DNA of 64,000 bases from a virus (Duplodnaviria > Caudoviricetes). How positions within the stretch are numbered: position 1 is the stretch's first letter; every line of letters starts with the position of its first letter. The DNA lies in IMG/VR virus record IMGVR_UViG_3300035208_004923, positions 128,001-192,000 of that record. The stretch is one strand, 5' to 3'. The notes under the pieces are model-generated. The model was given only the letters and a program-made list of their open reading frames with translations, searched no databases and was not told where the DNA came from. The position numbers and the translations under genes are program-made. Below, piece after piece: positions 57,957 to 64,000 of this stretch.

Positions 57957-58182
57957 ATGTTATTTCTATTACTTCGACTTTCTTCTTCAATTTAATTTCG
58001 CCTGCCGTGTATTTAATTTCAGGTACTTCTTCTTCTATTTTTTGTGCAACATCAACGCCCATAAGATAATGTCTTGGTTTTAAGTATTCATCAAGTTCAT
58101 TTTCAAAATCTTCTTCTGTATGTTGAGTAACAGGTTCTTGTTTTGTTTTTTTAGTTATCATATGCCAAATTTGTTGAAACAT
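57919..58182 (-). CDS. hypothetical protein
   Basis: 87 aa ORF ending in KLF. Confidence 0.55.
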   Translation of the reverse strand: MFQQIWHMITKKTKQEPVTQHTEEDFENELDEYLKPRHYLMGVDVAQKIEEEVPEIKYTAGEIKLKKKVEVIEITYGRNKQKSGKLF

Positions 58183-58194
58183 ATTTTATTTATT

Positions 58195-59289
58195 TTAAAT
58201 ATAGAAAGCATCATATTTGCTATCAGAGAAAAACCCATTTATTGGCAATAGATTTATCTTTGTTGATTTTGCTATAGTTACAACATCAGTGTAATCTAAT
58301 TTGTTTTTGTATATATTTATGCCAATATCAGCTATATATTTCTTCCATAAGAAAACAGATTCGCCTTCTTTGATTTTTTCAAGTGCTTTACTTGTTCCTG
58401 CTGAATCATAATCATACATATAACGTTTGTTTGAAATATCAAATGGGAATTCATTTTCCAAACCGCATGCACTCATTGCATTTCTGATAAGGAATGAATC
58501 CAAAGGTCCCTCGGTTATTGTAATCATTTCAGAAAAATCGGTTGTTGAAATTCCAAATATGAAAGATAACTTTGAAGATTCTTCAAATAATTTATCAGTA
58601 GGAATTGCAATTTCCATTTTCTTATAAATCATTTCCAATGTATGCGTAACATATTTAGGTTCTGTTTTAAAATTTCTAACTTGAAACCCTAATACTTTAC
58701 CTTCTAATGTTAAATTGAATATAAATAGACGTGTTAATTTTTTGTCCCAACCAAATACATTATTATTTGTTTGGTGTCTATCTTTTAAATATTTTCTAAT
58801 CCATCCATTTTCTGGTGCATCAATTTCTGTTAGATTCCAATGTTTAAATATTGCAGCCTTTGGTATTGCATATTTTTCTAAAATTGTGGGATCTATGAAA
58901 TATGAAATATCAACAGATTTTTCTGATGTAACAAATTTTGAAACTGATTCAGAATGGACATTTCTTGCATATATAGTTTCTGACGAATCGAGAGCTTTGC
59001 CAAAGTCAGATAAAAATTTTTCTATTGAAGTGTGTGTTTTGCAATTGTAACAATGAAAGCCATATCCTTTATAGTATATGTTTGCACGTTTTTTAGTTGC
59101 ATCTTTTGATGAGTCTCCGCAATATGGGCAGGCGAAGTTATATCGTTCTTCTCGAGGATATGGTTTTTGTTTTTCGTGTTCGCTATGTCGTTCTCTGAGT
59201 ATTTCATCTACTAGACCTGTTATTTTTTTGCGAAATTGTGTATCGTCGACTTCTTTATTGAAATCTGTAGGTGTTAAGTTAAGTGTCAT
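58195..59289 (-). CDS. gp61: DNA primase (gp61-like)
   Basis: CPYCGDS...HCYNC zinc finger, TEGPLDS, YDYD TOPRIM. Confidence 0.92.
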   Translation of the reverse strand: MTLNLTPTDFNKEVDDTQFRKKITGLVDEILRERHSEHEKQKPYPREERYNFACPYCGDSSKDATKKRANIYYKGYGFHCYNCKTHTSIEKFLSDFGKALDSSETIYARNVHSESVSKFVTSEKSVDISYFIDPTILEKYAIPKAAIFKHWNLTEIDAPENGWIRKYLKDRHQTNNNVFGWDKKLTRLFIFNLTLEGKVLGFQVRNFKTEPKYVTHTLEMIYKKMEIAIPTDKLFEESSKLSFIFGISTTDFSEMITITEGPLDSFLIRNAMSACGLENEFPFDISNKRYMYDYDSAGTSKALEKIKEGESVFLWKKYIADIGINIYKNKLDYTDVVTIAKSTKINLLPINGFFSDSKYDAFYI

Positions 59290-59314
59290 GTTAGAGAATT
59301 TAAGAGTTTATAAG

Positions 59315-59352
59315 AAAAAACGGCCAGAACATTGTGTTGTCTGGCCGTTTTT
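59315..59352 (-). terminator. rho-independent terminator after SSB
   Basis: AAAAACGGCCAGA...TCTGGCCGTTTTTT. Confidence 0.75.
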
Positions 59353-59368
59353 GAATTGTTAGATACGA

Positions 59369-60367
59369 TTATAATTTATCGTATAAATCTTCATCTGCCA
59401 TGTTGTCATCGAAGTTAATATCATCGATATTAAAATCTTCAGTTTCATTTACATCAGGAATTGAAGGAGCAGGAGCAGGAGCAGGTGTTGCTTTAGGAGC
59501 AGCAGGTGCAGCAACAGTTTTTGGTTCACCTATTGAAATGTTTGATTTTCCAGCAGGTGCATTACTTGCAGCTTTTGCATTTCCAGTTTGAAGACCTTCG
59601 ATTATTTTACCTTTAGGTACAGTGTTTTTGATAACTGTGTTAACGAATTCGATTGTTTCTTCGTCCCATTCACGGAAATCATATTTACCTAAATCAGGTG
59701 TGTTTTCTTTCAAGTATTCAACAATTTTTTGTAAATTGGCAGGTGTTTTTTCCATTGATTCACCATTGATTGAGAATGGCAATTTTTCGTCAAGGAAAGT
59801 ACAATTGTCATAATTGTTGTAGCCAGAAATTAACGAGATGCTGATTAAGAAAGGACGACCTTCAAATAAATCGAATGGAATATGTGGTTTTCCAAATTCT
59901 GGTTTAATTTGCGCCATGATTTTGTTGTGAATTTTTATTCCGTATGGGAATACTAAAATTTTCCCAACAAGGTCAGGTTGATTATCATCTTTGATGATTT
60001 GTACTAAAGAAGCAAAAGTTTGACGTCTTGAAAAAGATTTTGCAAGTTCTTGTTCTGCAACTGATTCTGATTTGCGTAATTTCCAATAGATGTCTTGTAG
60101 TAAAGATTTTTTACCTACAGTTGAAGGACAATCAACATATTTACCGTCGCCTGAAATAGGATCCACTAGCCATGCTGTCCATTTTGACATGATTGATTTT
60201 TTTGGGTCTGCGTGCCAAGGTAAGAATCTTACCACTGATTTATACACGTTGTCTTTGCCTGATTTGGCATCTGGTTTGTAGCGTTCGATTTCGCCTTTGC
60301 CTGATTTTGTTGGTTCTGCGAAGTCGCTTGCTCCGAGATTGAAGAGGTCTGAATAGTTTTCTTCCAT
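59369..60367 (-). CDS. gp32: single-stranded DNA-binding protein (gp32-like)
   Basis: VVRFLP, CPST, VQIIKD..P...GKI..F.YG.KI, YNNYD, acidic C-terminal tail. Confidence 0.88.
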   Translation of the reverse strand: MEENYSDLFNLGASDFAEPTKSGKGEIERYKPDAKSGKDNVYKSVVRFLPWHADPKKSIMSKWTAWLVDPISGDGKYVDCPSTVGKKSLLQDIYWKLRKSESVAEQELAKSFSRRQTFASLVQIIKDDNQPDLVGKILVFPYGIKIHNKIMAQIKPEFGKPHIPFDLFEGRPFLISISLISGYNNYDNCTFLDEKLPFSINGESMEKTPANLQKIVEYLKENTPDLGKYDFREWDEETIEFVNTVIKNTVPKGKIIEGLQTGNAKAASNAPAGKSNISIGEPKTVAAPAAPKATPAPAPAPSIPDVNETEDFNIDDINFDDNMADEDLYDKL

Positions 60368-60522
60368 TGTCTTAGTTTTTTTTAGTTATAATTTAGATTA
60401 GTTAGTAGAGAACTAACAATGTATTATAAGACAATGAATTTAAAGGAGGGCAATTTTGTTAAGTATTATTTTATTCTCTAATATTTGTATACACAAGAAA
60501 TAAATAGTTTCATTTTTTGTGA

Positions 60523-60789
60523 TTATTTCTTTAGCTTTTCGATTTCAGATAATATAAAGTTTCCAACATGCTTACTTATTTCAGGTATTTCGATACCTGT
60601 TTCTTTAGATATCTTGTGCATCCATTCAACTTCTGATGTACGAATCTGTTCAACTTTTTCTGACAACTGCTGTTGAACAGTTGAAAGGTTATTTAATTTT
60701 TCTTGATTTGCATCAATTTCTTTTTGCAATTCAACAAATGATGTAAATATTTCAAGTGCTCGTGTTTTTTGTTCTTCTGTAAGTGTCAT
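60523..60789 (-). CDS. hypothetical coiled-coil protein
   Basis: 88 aa ORF flanked by class 2 motifs (60487-60510 and 60814-60837). Confidence 0.6.
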   Translation of the reverse strand: MTLTEEQKTRALEIFTSFVELQKEIDANQEKLNNLSTVQQQLSEKVEQIRTSEVEWMHKISKETGIEIPEISKHVGNFILSEIEKLKK

Positions 60790-60839
60790 TTTATATTTAG
60801 TTTTATAGAATTTATATACAAGATAATGAATTAGTTTTA

Positions 60840-60898
60840 TTTGTATAGTTGTATACTTAAAGTTATTAAAAGTTCATCCATGATCGTTGTATGATCAT
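60840..60898 (+). repeat. dispersed ~60 bp element, copy 3
   Basis: TTTGTATAGTTGTATACTTAAAGTTATTAAAAGTT...TGATCAT. Confidence 0.55.
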
Positions 60899-60913
60899 TT
60901 ACAAATAGAATAG

Positions 60914-61588
60914 TTATTTAGTTTCTTTTGTCTTTTTTTCTTTATCATTTTGTATTTTATCGTATAAACATTTAGCAACCCATAAAGAATCGACAATATC
61001 ATCAATAGGTTTTGCCCAATGTTTTGCTTTTGGCGATTGAAATAATTCTACATGTGAAATTAAATGTTGTTGTAACTTCATTTCCGCAAAAAACTCTGAA
61101 CGTATGTATGCTTCTATCATTTCAGGTTTTTTATAATTGCCTTTACCTGCTGTTTTCTTAACAGTACCTGGCGAAAAGATATGGATATCTTCGTATTTAA
61201 TACCTAATGTTTTTACTAAAACATATCGCAAAACAAAATGATATCCTGCATATGTCAATATTGAAGATCCTGTACTTGCAAACGATAATCCTTCTAATCC
61301 TATATGTATTTTTTGTCCATTTGCAATTTTTCCAATTGCTTTACAAATATTATCAGCTAATAGTTCGGCATCATAACTATATGAACACTCCATATTATCC
61401 AAATTTGTAAATGCATCAGTATGTTCCATTATTTCAACTGTTACTTCTGCAGATTCAAATGTTTCAACATATTTATCTTTAATATTGCCACGTCGAGGAA
61501 ACGCATATGACTTAATGCCAGAATCGCTTATAACTGTCATTGCGCTTGATGTTCTTGAATAGTCAAGTCCTATAAAAATTTCATTCAT
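60914..61588 (-). CDS. RuvC-like Holliday junction resolvase
   Basis: IGLDYS, LEGLSF, SPGTVKK.AGKGN..K, DDIVDS. Confidence 0.8.
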   Translation of the reverse strand: MNEIFIGLDYSRTSSAMTVISDSGIKSYAFPRRGNIKDKYVETFESAEVTVEIMEHTDAFTNLDNMECSYSYDAELLADNICKAIGKIANGQKIHIGLEGLSFASTGSSILTYAGYHFVLRYVLVKTLGIKYEDIHIFSPGTVKKTAGKGNYKKPEMIEAYIRSEFFAEMKLQQHLISHVELFQSPKAKHWAKPIDDIVDSLWVAKCLYDKIQNDKEKKTKETK

Positions 61589-61622
61589 ATTTAATTTGTT
61601 TTGCACAATATGTGCGTGAATA

Positions 61623-61946
61623 CTATCGGCCGCCTATCGCAGCACCTAATGCAGTTGTAACAAGACGAGATGTTAATGTATCATACAAAATTCCTTGTGT
61701 TATACCTAATGCATGACAAATTGCTTTTCCAATTGCAGGACCTGCAACTGCACCGGCAATACCGCCAACAATTGAACCAAAAAGTCCTTCGTCCATATTA
61801 TCTAATGTTCCACCATTTTCAAGATGTTCTAATAACTTAACATAAACTATTTCAGCTTCTTTTAATTCTATTGGCGTTAAACCTTGTACCATTTCGCCTT
61901 CTAATAATGGCTTATCTTCTGCTACTATTTCTTTAAAATCTTTCAT
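61623..61946 (-). CDS. putative virion protein with glycine zipper
   Basis: MKDFKEIVAE N-terminus; GLFGSIVGGIAGAVAG. Confidence 0.55.
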   Translation of the reverse strand: MKDFKEIVAEDKPLLEGEMVQGLTPIELKEAEIVYVKLLEHLENGGTLDNMDEGLFGSIVGGIAGAVAGPAIGKAICHALGITQGILYDTLTSRLVTTALGAAIGGR

Positions 61947-61947
61947 T

Positions 61948-62493
61948 TTAATCTAATCTTTTTATTATGTGTGGGTAATTGTATGCAAAGTCGCATGTAA
62001 ATGTTTTAAATTCAGGTGTGTTACTAGAAAATGATAAATCTAAAGCAGAAATGCCTGTGAATATTATCTTTTCAAATTTGAATGCAATTAATTCAAATCC
62101 CGTGTTATCTAAAAATTGTAATACGAAATCATTTAACATATAATTTGTTTGGTCGTATGAATAAAACTTTTGAAGTTGTTCAAACATAATCCAGTAATTT
62201 ATATATCCCTCATATAATTTGAATGTTATCGAAAATTCTCTAGTTAGCCATCTTTCTAATTTACCTCGACCTCTCCATTTAATAGGATCTTCAAATGACG
62301 TTTGGTCAACAGTAGGTCCAGCAGCAGCGGGAAACGAAACTCCTTGTATACTTGCATTTACAAAATCTGGAATATTATCGTACGGAACTGGAAGTCGATT
62401 CAAATAAAATTCATACTTTTCAGTTACATCTTTATAAAAAAATTCCTTTGGAATTTCTAATCTAAAATTATTGTTCTTTGCATTTAAAATCAT
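61948..62493 (-). CDS. tail tube/terminator-fold protein (gp19/gp3-like)
   Basis: IQGVSFP, FSITFKL.E..NYW, LDLSFS...FTCDFAYN. Confidence 0.55.
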   Translation of the reverse strand: MILNAKNNNFRLEIPKEFFYKDVTEKYEFYLNRLPVPYDNIPDFVNASIQGVSFPAAAGPTVDQTSFEDPIKWRGRGKLERWLTREFSITFKLYEGYINYWIMFEQLQKFYSYDQTNYMLNDFVLQFLDNTGFELIAFKFEKIIFTGISALDLSFSSNTPEFKTFTCDFAYNYPHIIKRLD

Positions 62494-62503
62494 ATTGTTC
62501 TAC

Positions 62504-64000
62504 TTATTTTCCGCAACCTGTTGAACTATCAGTTGCTGTTCCATTCGTTGTTGCATTTGCACCTGATGTACCGATATTACTACCGTTATCATTATTACCC
62601 GTGTTATTACCGCCTGGTGGTACAATTGTCTTATTAATTTTATTCGTATCGTCAACAACTGTTTGATTTGCCGATGAACTTGAACCATTACCTGTTCCAC
62701 CTGTTATAATTGCGGGATCTTTAGATATTGCAATACCGTTAGTTAATGTACTAGTACTTACTTGTGCAATTGTTGATGGTAATGCATTTTTAATTGCTTG
62801 TTGTTGTGAAGCAGACAATAAAGATATCGCATTAAGAATAGCAGTTAATTGTTTTTGCAATTCAGCTGACTGTTTTGCCAACATAAATCTATCTTGTTCT
62901 AATTTTGAATATTCTGAAGCCAATAAAAGTTTCATTGCATTTAAACGTGCTTCCCATTCTTTCATAAAATCAATAAATGGCTGATTTGCATCTAACGGAT
63001 TATATTCATTAGAATCTTTAAATTTGCCATGATATATAAGTGTTTCCAATGATGAACTATCAGCAACTGATACAATGTAAAAAGATTTTTCTTTTATTTG
63101 TTTTAATATTTTTTGAGAATCTTCACGTTTTATTAAAGCTTTGCATTCGCCATTTTGTCCATTCGTTTTCTCCATAGGAAAACTTAATACTTGTCCATTA
63201 TCTAAAATTATATTAAGAAATAAATTTAGATTAGTAATATTTTTTGGTATGTAACTGCCATTTACTAAAGATACTATTGCAAACTGTATAACATTATCGA
63301 ATTTGCTGATGTAAATAGTAACCTCACCTTGACCATAAAATATTTTTGTATCTTTTACCTCAGATGTTTCAACATTTAATGCAACATTATATCTGTCAGT
63401 ATACACATCAACGTATTTTGTCGATACCGGCATTGGTTTACTTACAGCAGCAGTTGTTCCTTGTAATCGTTTAAGATTGATGACTTTATTATATACTTTT
63501 AACGGTTTTATTGAAACATCAATATTTATTTTCATCAATCCTTTTCCATATTTCGATGGTTCGAGTGATGTTAAACTTGCAGTTCTAATAATTTGTTCGG
63601 AAGTTGCTCTGTTAAAGAATTTCATTACATAATAAATTGTAAATGAAAATGCAGTAGCAGCATTCTTTATTATTGGTCTAAAATAATTAGGTGTATCATA
63701 ATTTTCATTTTGCACTTGAGTTATTTGTGCTGTTTGATTTACATCAACACCAACTTGTTCAAGAACCCTAATTTCGTTAACTACTGTCCAATCATTATTT
63801 CCTGTTGAGTTAAGATTATTTATGTAATTGTCAATAAATGTTCCTTGCCATGTTGGATAGTATTCAAAGTAATCACCATCGGCACCTTCTTTAACAACAC
63901 ATTGTAAATTTGAAAAATTATCAGTGCATAAAACTGATGCAGTTACTTGATTTCTAACATCGAAATAATCTACATCATTTATTGTTTCAACATTCACCAA
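62504..64000 (-). CDS. large hypothetical, probably structural, protein (partial; start lies beyond the window)
   Basis: Open frame to the window edge; coiled coil and G/N/T/S-rich C-terminus. Confidence 0.65.
   Translation of the reverse strand: MVNVETINDVDYFDVRNQVTASVLCTDNFSNLQCVVKEGADGDYFEYYPTWQGTFIDNYINNLNSTGNNDWTVVNEIRVLEQVGVDVNQTAQITQVQNENYDTPNYFRPIIKNAATAFSFTIYYVMKFFNRATSEQIIRTASLTSLEPSKYGKGLMKINIDVSIKPLKVYNKVINLKRLQGTTAAVSKPMPVSTKYVDVYTDRYNVALNVETSEVKDTKIFYGQGEVTIYISKFDNVIQFAIVSLVNGSYIPKNITNLNLFLNIILDNGQVLSFPMEKTNGQNGECKALIKREDSQKILKQIKEKSFYIVSVADSSSLETLIYHGKFKDSNEYNPLDANQPFIDFMKEWEARLNAMKLLLASEYSKLEQDRFMLAKQSAELQKQLTAILNAISLLSASQQQAIKNALPSTIAQVSTSTLTNGIAISKDPAIITGGTGNGSSSSANQTVVDDTNKINKTIVPPGGNNTGNNDNGSNIGTSGANATTNGTATDSSTGCGK

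Noticed and set aside
62500-62700. Separate 66 aa ORF
   Set aside because: It is an alternative frame inside the low-complexity tail of 62504..64000.
1-64000. Stop-codon reassignment as seen in some Bacteroidota megaphages
   Set aside because: Core genes are full length and tightly packed in code 11; TAG appears as a plausible stop (31969, 32859, 61623) without fragmenting genes.

Overview
This is an AT-rich, densely coding segment of a large T4-like (jumbo) myophage genome, read in the standard code with nearly all genes on the minus strand. A five-copy TTG-N20-TAnnTTTG promoter points to a Bacteroidota host. The window carries the T4-type core: portal, gp2, gp4, gp55 sigma, gp15-like, gp46/47, gp41 helicase, UvsX/W/Y, gp45 clamp, gp61, gp32, topoisomerase II and a RuvC-like resolvase. 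It also has an NAD-dependent ligase, a class II ribonucleotide reductase, dUTPase and ClpP. The family B DNA polymerase is split into two genes 21 kb apart. The most notable content is (1) a complete 2-aminoethylphosphonate biosynthesis and CMP-activation operon (PepM-cytidylyltransferase fusion, Ppd, PntC-like, AEP transaminase) with a nearby LicD transferase, and (2) about 15 otherwise unrelated proteins sharing a short N-terminal tag (MxxR[IL][PL][ST][LI][DNE][DE][FY]...E) that resembles the T4 capsid-targeting sequence. Tagged proteins include the LicD, a ParB-like protein, an ATP-grasp ligase and a HIGH-nucleotidyltransferase/ligase fusion. Three promoter-like motif classes, a dispersed ~60 bp element and a candidate three-way-junction leader RNA are also visible. 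All product calls come from motif recognition by eye; no searches were run.
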